A stretch of 64,000 bases of DNA from Lama glama (GCA_028534125.1 CM052817.1:101310001-101374000); one strand, 5' to 3'; positions 52,101 to 61,894 are shown, counted from the stretch's first letter. The notes: a model not told the origin generated them from the letters alone. Made by a program: numbers and translations.

Positions 52101-55100
52101 TTTATGCTTCTTCTGCTCACGTTTGCATGGTGTCGGAGCATGTTGAAGGCGCCTCGTCCCCCGTGTGTTTGCCGGCTTTGGCCAAGACACTGGGGATGAA
52201 ATCTAAGCAAAAGCATGGTTAGATGCTTCTCAATTACTCCACCCGCAGTAAGTTCAACCGCAGGCCATGTGTGGTTTTAATTGGTGGCGGCTTACAACGC
52301 CGAAGTCTCACCTTCGAATATGAGCATTAAATAAAATACAAATGTTAAAAGAGAGTATTTTTTAAATAAAAATGTGTGAGGAACAATGGAGAAATGCCTG
52401 TGTCCACCTAGCCGTAGCTTTGTTTAAAGAGCTTCTGAATGAGAAATTTTTTCACCTTTCTAGGTGATTTTAAGAGAGCAGGAATATTTAGAATATTTGC
52501 CGAGTGCAGGAAGGGCCGCCTGGGCCACCTCTTTGCCTTGTTTGGGGTACTGCTGTACAGTCACAAGCTTACTTTGTTTTCTACATCAGCAAGAAGAGGC
52601 TGAAAACAGTTTATTCATTTTATTTTGGAAAGGAGGCTTTGGCATTTAACATTAATTTGCATCATCTTTCTTTATGCTTTGTCTCCAGTTCTGCCAGGTT
52701 CTGAATGTCACCTAAAATTATAAAGTGTGGGTATCTGCTCTACTTTAAAAATACACTAGATATTGGAGTTTTTTTTCCCCCCAGTGCTGAGAGTTACCAC
52801 ATCTCTCCTCAGCGGGAGCTGAGGGCCCTAAAGTGACCATCAAGGAAACTGGCAGATGTGACTTTCAGCTGGTGATGCAGAGAATGAATTCTGATGCTTA
52901 TTGCTCATTGCATTCATTAGGGCTGCTGGAACTCTTAGCTTGATCTGGGAGAAGGCAGCGTAGACAGTCACAAGTGTAGGATGCTACAGAATCTGCGGTG
53001 CCTGGAGCCAGAGGTCTGGCTGAGTGACCTTTCAAGGACTGAGTCTACGATCCTTTGTTCTTTCTTAAACAACTAAGTTACTATATTAAGTTTTGTAACT
53101 GCTGTGCTGTTGTCATCATTTTTGTTGTTGCATTTATCACATACTTTTTTCTATCTTTATTGCAGGTCCCCATTTTGCAGCTGTAAATAGCAATAATGAG
53201 ATTATTGTTACCGATTTCCATAATCATTCTGTCAAGGTACCATGGACACATCAATTGTTGTTAACTGTTAACTGCTTGTATTGAGGAGTCCTTCTGGGAG
53301 AAAATAATAGAATACTCACGTACACACACAGGACTGAAGGGAGTCAACCTAAAGGAGTAGAGTTTTGCTTCTCCTTAAAGGTGCAGGGTTTAATTGGGAT
53401 GTTGCAGACTTTGGAGGGTCAGAAAAGTGACCAGAATATGGTGGCAACAAGTTTCTTAATTTAAAACTGGTATAAATGGAGACGACTTGAAAATTAAATT
53501 TGAAAAAGCAATTGCTTGAACTTAGAGAGGCAGAACTTTCTGAAGCTTGATGTTTTGTGGCTATTCAGCAAATAACAGATCACGTTTTTCAATTTTCTGT
53601 ATCATAAGGCCTTTCAAACAAAATTGGGTACTAGACATCTGCCACAGCAACAGCTTTGGGGAGGGAAACAGCCCTGGCATATGTTCATATAGTGTGTTTC
53701 ATATGCCTTTGAATGCTTTCACACACTTCCGGTTCCTTACAAAGCATCACCCACCCCCTCCCCTAGACAGCGTAGTACCAGGCAGAAGGGGAGGAGACAT
53801 TTGACCATTATTGTGAGCAGATCAGAACATAATAAAGTGGTTCAAAACAAATGTCTCACTTACTGAAACAAGAAGTTGTTCAGTAACATTCTAGACCAAG
53901 CTTCTCAAAGTGTGACACACGTTCCACCGCAGGTGTACCAGGCGGTCCCGGGCAGTGCACGGGGAGATATCTCTTATTTCGAGAGCTATGTGTTTATTTT
54001 TAGGGTTACCTTCTGTTCATATCAAGCGATACCGGTTTACACTTGTAGAAGTGATATAAAGTTTGCCTTGTAAGTAAGTTCATTTAATTTTTTAAGGTGA
54101 GGCATTTTACATGTGAAGGAGGATAAGAAAGCAGCATGGGTGGTGTGCCAATGACCAAGAGTTTGCACTTGGAGACAACCATGGAGCCACCAACTTAAAA
54201 ACGATTTGCCAGTGTTGATAACTGGAATAGTTTGATAGGGATAGGATTTTAATACACAAACGTCCTCGCTCATCACTGCTTTATTTCCCCAGCTCTTCCT
54301 GGAAGAAGGTGTCTTTAACCTGGGTAAATAAATGGAAAGGCCTTGAGCTCTTGTGATGGGTACCAAGTCCCTTGCAAAGAGAGCCCAGTGGGCCATAGTG
54401 ATGAGGCAGGATGAGGGGAAAGGATGCTCACCGTTGCTCACCTCTACAGCTGCTTCCTGCCATGTGGTCCAGAGCTGCTACCATAGTGGTCAGGTTCCAT
54501 CCCCAGTGCCCCCACCTCCCTCCATGCCCATGAGCTGCATTCTCTCTCTCTACTGGGGGTGTCTTGGTAAAAGGAAGAGGACAGAGGGAAAGTGTTTGGA
54601 GGAGGAGGGGAACAGAGAGCGAAGACGCAGCAGGGACGGGGCTTGTGACTGTCCTCCCAGGACGCTGTAATACTCCTCTGTGACGAGCGTCACTATCAAA
54701 GGATAACACAGGCTGTATTCACACTTCCCACCCTTCACTCACGCTGTAGAGGAATCCTTCATTGACCTGTAGTGCATCCAACAGGAAGAAAACCCATTTA
54801 GATCTTAACAGTGCAGAGGCCGGCACAGCCTGGCATAGGTGCTGCCCATTGCCACCAGAAAGTGACATTAATCAAGTTGCTCTTTTCTACTAAGCCTACT
54901 GTGGCCTCAGAGCCTTTCCCGCCCCAGGGCTCCAGGCACCTCTAGGAATCCTCTGGCCCTGGTATTCAGGGTGATTCCTGTTTACCAGCCCTGCCTGACA
55001 CTGTAGGAGAAAATAAAACATATGTAGGTAACCGAAATGCAAGGCAGACAGCAATAAATGATTTCTTAAAAACAGGCACATATAAAGTCCTCGAAGTAGC

Positions 55101-58100
55101 CAGAAGACAGATAGTCAGGGGGGACTTCCAAGTGGAGGTGGTATTTGAGGTGAGCAGAATTTTGAAATCAGAAAAGGACTGTCATCAAAGTTATCAAAAC
55201 TTGTTGTAAAAAATTTGTTATCAAAAGCAAAGCTCTAAGAACAATTTCAGCTCCTGCGTCTACCTCTTAATGTGTTTTCTCCTGGATAATTTATAAGCAA
55301 TTAAATGACATTTGAGATGGGAAAAATAGAAAATAGGAGAAATGTATAATGACTGATTATGGAAACACTCCAGGTTTTCAGTACCATAGAAATAGTTTAT
55401 TTAAGCTCAGTCTCTTCAGATTTCAGAAAACTGGTCATTTGTTTCTCTCTTCTGTTTGATAGCTGTTGCCATGTAGCTTTGATGAGCTTTTGTTTCCTAT
55501 GGAACTCAGGGCAGTTAACAGTTCTGGATTCAGGTCACTGCTCTGTTGGCAAATGTAAGAACCGGACCCAGAGGTCAGGGCTCACAAGTGTTCTTGTTAG
55601 TCCTTTAGCTACCTTCAGTATATGCTCTCTTTTCATCGCAAAACAATTAAGACTAAATCTGGCATTCTCCGTTAATTCAAAGTGGAGCCAGAGCACATAC
55701 ATCATTTGACTTATGCCAAGGAAAACATACTGACTCAGAGAGATAAACACAAACAAGAAGATTATTTGTACAGCTTACTAGGGGAAAGATCAGAAAATAA
55801 TCAGTTATGGGGGGAGGGTACAGCTCAGTGGTAGAGCGCATGCTTAGCTTACACAAGGTCCTGGGCTCAGTCCCCAGTATCTCCCCCTACCAAAACAAAA
55901 CAAAACAAAAAAGAAGAGAATCGATTATGACCTCATCAGTGTGCAAGCACTCCTTTTGGTCTTTAAAACTAGAATGTTTTGTGTGAAAGGAGTTAAGAAG
56001 AGTCAGGGAAGATTTTAAAGACATGACACCTTAGTAAAAGGTGATTCCTGTCCTGTCTAAAGAACCAAAGAGGTAGCTTGCTTGCTTGGCAAGTGTAGTT
56101 AACTCAGGGAGTGGTCCTGACTCTTTTTTTTTTTTTTATCTTTAAGACAGTTTAGGCTTTAGAAATGGAAGTGTCTCACTTTCCTAAAATACATAACTAA
56201 AAGAAATAGCATTGTTTTAATCATTCTTGATTACAGAGATGGTCATAGGAGAATCTCTAAAAGGCCCTGAAGATGATTTTAAAGGTTAAAATCTGTGCTC
56301 AGGTAAAGTGAACACTCAGGTCCACGTGTCAGGAACCCTTACTTACTCTCATGGTGCCTTCTATGTAACACTCTTTGATTTGTTGATGAGTATTTCTACA
56401 CATGTCGGCAACATGATAATGGAAGCTTAGAATAATATCCTGAAGGCATTTCAATACCGTTAAGGATCGCCTGAATCATCAAGATAAAATTATGCTTACT
56501 ATAGTTTTAGCATTAAACACATATTGAAATTTTAATTCTCTCAAAGGTAGTCATCTGCAGTTGATACTCTATGAATACGAATATTGAATTAATCACAACA
56601 ACCCGCTTCTTGACCATACCAGATGTTAAGGGAATTTGAGAGTTCCTAAAAGTTCTGTTTAGCCCCTCCCTTCTATCCGCCTCCCTTTTCTCAGTGGGCT
56701 CTGTGCATCAAAGCTTTCGGGGCGTATAAACTCTCTAACTAAAATAGATCCTGAAAAAACTATTTTTAAAAGCCCTGTCCTTATTCTTTACCTGCTGCCA
56801 TCTCACACACACACACACACACACACACACGATGGATTTTCCTTGTTATAAGTTCAGTCTACCCTTTCTCGTTATAATGACTTAGTAAAATGGTAATAAA
56901 CCTTGAGCCTCTGACCTGACAAAAAGCTCCTACTCTCTGATTCAACTTTGAGTGATCATCCAGCCTGTTAGAAATACAATGTCTGTTCTTGAAATTAGCT
57001 ATATAGTTAAAGGCAGAAAGAATAATGTTTTTATTACAGCTCTGTGCTTACTCATACTACTTTACATCTGTATATATTTTATAATTTATAATGAAAGTAT
57101 TTTTGACATAGTATTTAGTAATCAAGTATCAGCTAGAAAAAAGAAATGGTTTAACAAATGCTAAATCAGATTTAGACAGTAAATTGGGGAACCACAAGTG
57201 ATGGAGAGTCCAGTGTGTCGGCTTTGCCCCCTTTTCTTTAGAATGTCTTAAGAAACCTGCTCAGATATTTTTAAAAGCTGTAATGTTTGCTCAACTCTTT
57301 AAATTTAAAATAAAATCACTTTAACATATTTCATGCAGGTGTTTAATCAGGAAGGAGAATTCATATTGAAGTTTGGCTCAAATGGAGAAGGAAATGGGCA
57401 ATTTAATGCTCCAACGGGCGTAGCGGTGGATTCAAACGGAAACATCATTGTAGCAGACTGGGGAAACAGTAGGATCCAGGTAGATGAAAACGCTGATTTG
57501 TTTGTTTAGAGTGATTGGTATTTGTTAAAAGTAAAGAACTGGCTATCCCCTTAACTGGAACGTTTCCCATTCCTTCATTGGTTAGGTAAGAAGGCTGTAA
57601 ATCTCACCGGAAGTACCAGACTCAGGAAAGCGGAGTAGAAAAAAGTCAACACGTTCCCAAACTGAAACCTTCTAACTCAGGGACTCTTAGCATGTATCCC
57701 ACAGACCCAAAAAAGGTTTGTGGCGAGAATTCAAGAAGTCCACTGTACAAAAATATCACATTATTATTTTTACTAACTCTTTTTTAAAAAATATTTTATT
57801 TATTATTTTATTATTTTATTTTGGCAGGTGGGGGGAGGGGAGGTAACTAGGCTTACTTATTTTCAGAGGTGGTACTGGGGATTGAACCCAGGACCTCATG
57901 CATGTTAAGCATGTGCTCTACCACTTGAGCTGTACCCTCCCCCTTATTTTTACTAACTTCTAACTGAAAATTATAATTTGCTTTAATTATGAATATAGGC
58001 AACAATCACAGCTTTAGTAAGACCTGTAACTTTGTCACCAAGAGAAATTACAGAAATTTTCATATTACAGTTGCAGATATCTCAAATTATCATTTATATT

Positions 58101-60681
58101 CATGACTTTAAGGTCAGTCATTATGAGACCCATCATTGTTTCTTGTTATTTACTTTGTTAATTTGAAAAGCATACATATTACTATGTCACAATTCCATCA
58201 CATTTTGATAACCATCTTTTATTATGATGCTTTTCCTTTATAATCCCATGTATTTTGTTTCATGCATTTAAAAATATTATTCTGCTAAATAACTCATGAG
58301 TCAAAGAGGAAGTCTCAAGAAAAATTTAAAAATACATTGGACTGAATGAAAATGCAAAATTGTTTAGCAAAGTTCGAGAAATGCAGATAAAACATTGCCC
58401 AGAGGAAATTTTTTTTCCCTATCTTTATTGAGATATAATTGACATGCATTGTGTAAGTTTAAGGTATACAGCATGTTGATTTGAAACACTTGCATACTGC
58501 AAAATGATTACCACTGTAGTTTTAGCTAAACCTTCCATCACGACACATAATTACCTTGTGTGTGTGTGTGTGTGTGTGTGTTGAGAACATTTAAATCTAC
58601 TCTTTTAGCAACTTTCAAGTACATAGAATAGTGTTATAACTATAAGAACCACCTAGTGCATTAGATCCCCAGAACTGATTCATCTTCCAACTGCAAGTTT
58701 GTACTCTTTGACCAATTTCTCCCCCATCCTCACTCCTTGGTAACCACCATTCTATCCGTGAAGGAAATTAATAGCACTGAATATTTACAGAAAAGAGGAC
58801 AAGTCTCAAATCAAGAACCCAAGCTCCCACCTCAAGAAACTAGAAGAAGAGCAAAACAAACTGAAAGCAAGCTGAAGGCAGGAAATAGAGACGATATATC
58901 AGATATCAGTTCAACTCATACTACTCAGCCATAAAAAAGAATAAAATAATGCCATTTGGAGCAGCACGGATGGACCTGGAGATCGTCATTCGAAGTGAAA
59001 TAAGCCAGAAAGAGAAAGAAAAATACCATATGATAGCACTTATATGTGGAATCTAAAGAAAAAGGCTAACATACTTATTTACAAAACAGAAACAGACTCA
59101 CAGACATAGAAAACAAACTTATGGTCACCAGAGGGGGAAGAGGTTGGGAAGGGATAAATTGGGAGTCCGAGATTTGCAGATACTAATATATATAAAATAG
59201 ATAAACAACAATACACTGTATGGCACATGGAACTATATTCAATATCTTGTAGTAACTTATGGTGAAAAAGAATATGAAAACAAATATATGTATGTTCACA
59301 TATGACTGAAGCACTGTGCTGTACATCAGAAATTGACACAACATTGTAAACTGACTATACTTCAATTTTATATATATATACACAAAAAAAAGAAATCAGT
59401 TAAACTCAAGAAAGAAAAATAGAGGAAATCAATGAAATAGAAAGCTGGTTCTTTGAAAAGATCAATTAAACTGACAAACCTAGCAAGACTGACAGAAAAA
59501 AAGACAGACACAAAATACTAGTGTCATGACAGGAATCAACAGGATAATAAGGAATTCTGTGAACAACTCTGCATGCAGCCATTTTACCACTTCGATGAAA
59601 TGGACTAATTTCTCAAAAAGTACAAACCCCTCACCTCACCCAATATAAAGTAAATAATTTGGATAGCCCTAGGGCTATTAAGGAAATTTAGTTTAATAAC
59701 TGAAAAGCTCCCCGAAAAGAAATCTCCAGACTCAGCTGGTTTCCCTAGAGAATGCTACCAAATGTTTAAAAAAGAATTAGCACCAGTTCAGTTTCTTCCA
59801 ACCAACAGAAGATACAATTCACTTTCCAACTCAGCTTTTGATGCTATGATACCAAAACCAGCCTAAGACGATACAAAAAAAAGAAAACTGCAGACCATGT
59901 TCCTCACGAATATAGATGCAAAAACACTTAACAAAATATTAGTAAACAGAATTCAGCAATATGTGAAAATCTTTCCTTGGCCAAGTGGGGTTTATTCCAA
60001 GAATGCAAGCCTGATTCCATATTCAGAAATCAGCGTAACCCATCATATTAAAAGGCCAAAGAATAGAAGTCATATGATCGTATCAGTTGATGCAGAAAAA
60101 GCATTGAATAAGATTCAATACCTATTCAGGAACAGAAAGTCTCAGAAAACTGGGAACTTTCTCAATTTGATAAAGAACGCTTATGAAAACCTACTGCTAA
60201 CACCATACTTAATGGTGAAAGACTGAAGTCTTTTCCTCTAAGATCAGAATAAGGCAAGGATGTCTGCTCTCACCATTCTTATTCAACATAGTGCTGGAAG
60301 TTTCAACCAACACAATAGGGAAAGAAAAGGAAATAGCAAGCTTACAAATTAGAAAGAAGTCAACTCTCCCTATTAGATAACATGATTATTTACGTAAAAA
60401 AACTCAAGAAACCTACGAAACAGTAGCTAGAATGAATAAGTGAGTTCAGCAAGGTCACAGGGGACAAGGTCAACATACAAAAATCATTGTATTACTTTCC
60501 CCATCACACTCTGACTCTGTATTTACAGGTTTTCGATGGAAGTGGATCATTTTTGTCCTACATCAACACATCTGCTGACCCCCTCTACGGCCCCCAGGGC
60601 CTGGCCCTCACTTCAGACGGCCACGTGGTGGTTGCAGACTCTGGAAACCACTGTTTCAAGGTCTATCGGTACTTACAGTAA
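13020..60681 (+). CDS. TRIM2: TRIM2 (tripartite motif-containing 2, TRIM-NHL E3 ubiquitin ligase), spliced CDS of 11 exons, 744 aa from ATG 13020
   Basis: Coding lengths 134+238+152+181+724+104+168+169+71+141+153 = 2235 nt; phases are consistent and all introns are GT-AG. The translation shows C3HC4 RING, B-box, coiled coil, filamin and NHL repeats ending ...[10 protein letters not shown], recognised as TRIM2. Confidence 0.97.
13412..13570 (+). mobile_element. Short L1 3'UTR end
   Basis: agcacagggaactatattcaat...aactatacttcaattaaaaaa. Confidence 0.8.
14078..14400 (-). mobile_element. Unassigned poly(A)-tailed retroposed element, copy 1
   Basis: 14095-14258 aligns by eye with 39456-39625; T-run and TTTATT at the left end. 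Confidence 0.7.
14445..14585 (-). mobile_element. Camelid SINE
   Basis: gggggaggtaattagg...tggggattgaacccaggacc...gagctataccc. Confidence 0.85.
15670..16900. mobile_element. Degenerate L2
   Basis: L2-typical purine-rich motifs (cagtccctggcctcatgaagcttaca, ttttgagaaggtcactctggttgcagtatggag, gtgaccttagagaaagctgtttc). Confidence 0.6.
17212..17443. mobile_element. TcMar-Tigger MITE (MER8-like)
   Basis: Terminal inverted repeats caattgacccttgaacaac ... gttgttcgtgggcaactg followed by TA. Confidence 0.8.
17700..17856. mobile_element. hAT-Charlie MITE (MER5-like)
   Basis: gattcattgggtctggagtgggacctg..tctgcattt...ccatggaccacacttt. Confidence 0.65.
18129..18366 (+). CDS. TRIM2: TRIM2 exon: RING second half and start of B-box ([10 protein letters not shown]...CPNHDGN)
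   Basis: Acceptor caacag|G, donor AAT|gtaagt, 238 nt, within ORF 18031..18453. Confidence 0.96.
19070..19282. mobile_element. MIR relic
   Basis: ttcaaatcctgct..., tctcacttcctcatctgtcaaaa, ggagaattaaat. Confidence 0.7.
19835..20376 (-). mobile_element. ERV-type solo LTR, family unassigned
   Basis: Right end tggtctgaccattgtccatctttatattcagtctct resembles an ERV1 LTR 5' end in reverse; about 540 bp. Confidence 0.55.
20996..21365 (+). mobile_element. 5'-truncated L1 3'UTR with A-tail
   Basis: tacaaaacagaaacaaactcacagacatagaaaac...gggataaattgggagtttgagatttgcag...aataaaaaa. Confidence 0.88.
21560..22560 (+). mobile_element. Highly decayed L1 ORF2 relic
   Basis: A-rich sequence with remnant L1 motifs (accacaatgcaataaagtta, aataaatccaagagctga). 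Confidence 0.5.
23845..23975 (-). mobile_element. Camelid SINE
   Basis: Near-consensus ggaggtactggggattgaacccaggaccttgtgcatgctaagcatgtactctaccactgagctataccctcccc. Confidence 0.9.
23978..27915 (-). mobile_element. Old L1 (L1MB-like), ~3.9 kb of ORF2 and 3'UTR relic
   Basis: Continuous antisense L1 sequence; ORF 27513..27701(-) reads like the L1 endonuclease region (IHQEDIT.IN.Y.PNN...[26 protein letters not shown]). Confidence 0.92.
25434..25605 (+). mobile_element. Internal L1 3'UTR fragment flanked by a 14-bp TSD
   Basis: TAAAGATTGTTTTA at 25420-25433 and 25606-25619. Confidence 0.8.
28538..29043. mobile_element. hAT-Charlie non-autonomous element (MER119-like)
   Basis: ttctcaa...ccctttcagagggtccacaaggtcaaaactat...gtttgagaac; family name from memory. 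Confidence 0.65.
29136..29379. mobile_element. Nested camelid SINEs: (+) 29136-29220 and (-) ~29228-29360, inside a MIR
   Basis: TSD AATGAGAGAATG at 29124-29135 and 29380-29391. Confidence 0.85.
29467..29618 (+). CDS. TRIM2: TRIM2 exon: B-box ([25 protein letters not shown]...AVNK)
   Basis: Acceptor ctgcag|, donor AG|gtgtgc, 152 nt, within ORF 29395..29691. Confidence 0.96.
30315..30512. mobile_element. hAT-Charlie MITE (MER20-like)
   Basis: cagttgttctca...ggacattcgcaatgcctggagg...tgtcacaactg...ggccccaaatatcaatagtg. Confidence 0.75.
30829..31009 (+). CDS. TRIM2: TRIM2 exon: coiled coil ([17 protein letters not shown]...NYGLKHK)
   Basis: Acceptor tccag|G, donor AAA|gtaaga, 181 nt; translated by eye (not in the ORF track). 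Confidence 0.95.
31700..32660. promoter_or_regulatory. Intragenic CpG island over the filamin exon and its intronic flanks
   Basis: Very dense CpG in the exon and in both intronic flanks (gcgcgggcaggtgcggagcgtgcgcgc; gagcgggcggcgctgcggc). Confidence 0.8.
31827..32550 (+). CDS. TRIM2: TRIM2 exon: end of coiled coil, filamin domain and linker (VLQSQLD...DDLIFRV)
   Basis: Acceptor ccgcag|, donor G|gtaagg, 724 nt, within ORF 31593..32600. Confidence 0.97.
32715..32862. repeat. Low-complexity C/T-rich tract
   Basis: About 150 nt of cct/ctc units with few purines. Confidence 0.9.
34065..34202 (+). mobile_element. Camelid SINE
   Basis: gtatagcttagtggtagagcg...ctgggttcaatccccagtacctcc...cctaattacc. 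Confidence 0.88.
35011..35387 (-). mobile_element. MaLR solo LTR (MLT1-like)
   Basis: cacagactgagtggcttaaacaa, aagtccaagatc, gtcatattggattagggcc, cagtcacattc motifs. Confidence 0.8.
37254..37432. mobile_element. MER5A-like MITE
   Basis: gaatcagaatctggggg..gggaccgggaatct, end tgagaacc. Confidence 0.65.
37845..39778 (-). mobile_element. L1 (L1MA/Art-like) ORF2 C-terminal and 3'UTR relic
   Basis: ORFs 38299..38538(-) ([27 protein letters not shown]) and 38684..38935(-) ([10 protein letters not shown]) are L1 ORF2-like. Confidence 0.92.
39449..39631 (-). mobile_element. Unassigned poly(A)-tailed retroposed element, copy 2, inserted in the L1
   Basis: TSD AATTTATTCTT at 39438-39448 and 39632-39642; T-run and TTTATT at the left end. 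Confidence 0.8.
42751..42931 (-). mobile_element. Camelid SINE with 15-bp TSD
   Basis: TGGTCCTCAGTTTCT at 42736-42750 and 42932-42946. Confidence 0.9.
44582..44685 (+). CDS. TRIM2: TRIM2 exon: NHL repeats ([35 protein letters not shown])
   Basis: Acceptor ttttag|, donor CAG|gtatgg, 104 nt. Confidence 0.96.
44923..45090 (+). CDS. TRIM2: TRIM2 exon: NHL repeats ([13 protein letters not shown]...SDGKFK)
   Basis: Acceptor ttacag|, donor AAG|gtaagt, 168 nt. Confidence 0.96.
46355..46854. other. Assembly gap (500 N)
   Basis: Run of exactly 500 N. Confidence 0.99.
49350..49672. mobile_element. hAT-Charlie MITE (MER33/MER3-like)
   Basis: gctgtccaatatggtagccactggccacatgtgg ... ttagacagcact inverted ends. 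Confidence 0.75.
51045..51701 (-). mobile_element. ERV1-type solo LTR
   Basis: Minus strand begins TGAGACAGGAGGG at 51701; AATAAA on minus (tttatt ~51200); caggaaagaattcaagagtgagcc motif; left boundary approximate. Confidence 0.7.
51900..52068 (+). CDS. TRIM2: TRIM2 exon: NHL repeats ([17 protein letters not shown]...GDRQFA)
   Basis: Acceptor taacag|, donor CAG|gtacac, 169 nt; a second in-frame donor lies 12 nt downstream. Confidence 0.95.
53166..53236 (+). CDS. TRIM2: TRIM2 exon: NHL repeats ([24 protein letters not shown])
   Basis: Acceptor ttgcag|, donor AAG|gtacca, 71 nt. Confidence 0.95.
55809..55915 (+). mobile_element. Camelid SINE (short form lacking the middle A-rich segment)
   Basis: gggggagggtacagctcagtggtagagcgcatgcttagc...ccccagtatctcccc followed by (caaaa)n. 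Confidence 0.85.
56803..56830. repeat. (CA)n microsatellite
   Basis: Direct reading. Confidence 0.95.
57339..57479 (+). CDS. TRIM2: TRIM2 exon: NHL repeats ([18 protein letters not shown]...WGNSRIQ)
   Basis: Acceptor atgcag|, donor CAG|gtagat, 141 nt, phase 0-0. Confidence 0.96.
57680..58285. mobile_element. hAT-Charlie-like relic interrupted by a SINE
   Basis: ttttgataac..., ttcctttataatcccatgtattttgtttcatgcatttaaaatattattctg. Confidence 0.5.
57779..57943 (-). mobile_element. Camelid SINE with 15-bp TSD
   Basis: TTATTTTTACTAACT at 57764-57778 and 57944-57958. Confidence 0.9.
58286..60493 (+). mobile_element. Sense L1 ORF2 (RT region) relic with two nested younger L1 3' ends: 58411-58761 (-) and 58919-59390 (+)
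   Basis: ORF 59897..60226 (NIDAK.LNKIL.NRIQQ, HMI.S.DAEKA..KIQ) is L1 RT-like. TSD-like pairs: aggaaatt at 58403/58762, and agatatcagttcaactca / agaaatcagttaaactca at 58901/59391. Confidence 0.9.
58557..58581. repeat. (TG)n microsatellite inside an L1 fragment
   Basis: Direct reading. Confidence 0.95.
60529..60681 (+). CDS. TRIM2: TRIM2 terminal coding exon ([50 protein letters not shown])
   Basis: Acceptor ttacag|, TAA at 60679-60681, ORF 60487..60681. Confidence 0.97.
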   Translation, partial: VFDGSGSFLSYINTSADPLYGPQGLALTSDGHVVVADSGNHCFKVYRYLQ

Positions 60682-61871
60682 CAGCGGGCAGCTGGACACC
60701 TACTTAGAAAGATCTTACAGTATAAACTGGAATGGATATCTCAACGCAGGACCAGAATTATACGAGACTTTTCGTGCTAGAAGGAATCATTGGTGAACTT
60801 TCCAAGGTTATTTCTGAATGTAACCATTTCCTTAAAAACTGCATATGTGATTTCTGTAATCCACATTTAGGGTTTAAACAAAAGAAATCTCTTCTACTGA
60901 ATCTACAGAAACTGCAGAGTTTTACACCTGTGAACTTGGCTTATGGGACAGGGATTTATGTAGTGAAACTAATTTTGCAAATCAAACAAGCATTAAAAAA
61001 CAACTAGAATATTTAAAGGTATTTGTTCATCCTGTGAGTGGTAGCTTTTGCACAGAGCTTCCAAAAACAAAACAGAAAGAAAATCTGTTGTAGTTACATA
61101 CTTTATTTAACCTTGGTCACAAGACCCAGGGGATCTTCAAACCTCACTTTGACAGTGGGTATTACCCTTGTGACATTTTTTTTTGGTTATCAACAACTAC
61201 ATGTAAATTACTTTAGGAAAGAAGAAAACTGTCTTGCAAAATCCTCTCAGCTGGGATGAGCAAGCCTCTTGAGTTTAGCCCTTAAAAATCAATGCAAATT
61301 TCCCCTCCTTTCTGGGTTAGAACAGAGCCCTTTTTCGTGTGTTCTTTTCACCTCTCTCCTGCTCACCTTGTATCACACACACACACACACACAAAATACA
61401 AAGTATATTTTCAGGGAAACCTGAAATTCCTAATACTTTGAAAAGCATATTACAATAGTAATGCTACCTTTTGGTAAACCAACAGCCCTGTTAACTCCAG
61501 ATTAATGCACTGGACTGGAAGCAAGAAAAAGTTAGTCACATTTTATGTGCCACGTTCTCACACGTACCTGTCTATCCTCTTCCACTTCATGGATGCGAAA
61601 GCTTTACCTCCTGCAAAATGTCAGCACATGTAGTAGGACACCAGTATCCTAGGACAGAGAGCCATAAGCAGCCCTTTGGAGGACTGATGGTGTCAACCAA
61701 AGGCATGTGATTGATTAATGGTTTTCCCCTTAGAAAGCAAGTGTTACCAAAGTTGTGTTATCTTGAAAGCATTACAGGTAAGGGCATGTTATGGTTATTT
61801 ATCGTTGTCTAATGACTAGTAGAGGCATTAAAGGACTATGTATACATGATTAGGGTAAGGTAGAATGTATC

Positions 61872-61894
61872 ATATATATATATATATATATATA
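61872..61894. repeat. (AT)n microsatellite in the 3'UTR
   Basis: Direct reading. Confidence 0.95.

Noticed and set aside
59897..60226. Reverse-transcriptase-like ORF
   Set aside because: Fragment of a decayed L1 ORF2 with stops and frameshifts around it; not a functional RT system
13020..60681. Assignment to paralogue TRIM3
   Set aside because: The N-terminus ([22 protein letters not shown]) and the upstream [17 protein letters not shown] extension match TRIM2 as I recall it, not TRIM3
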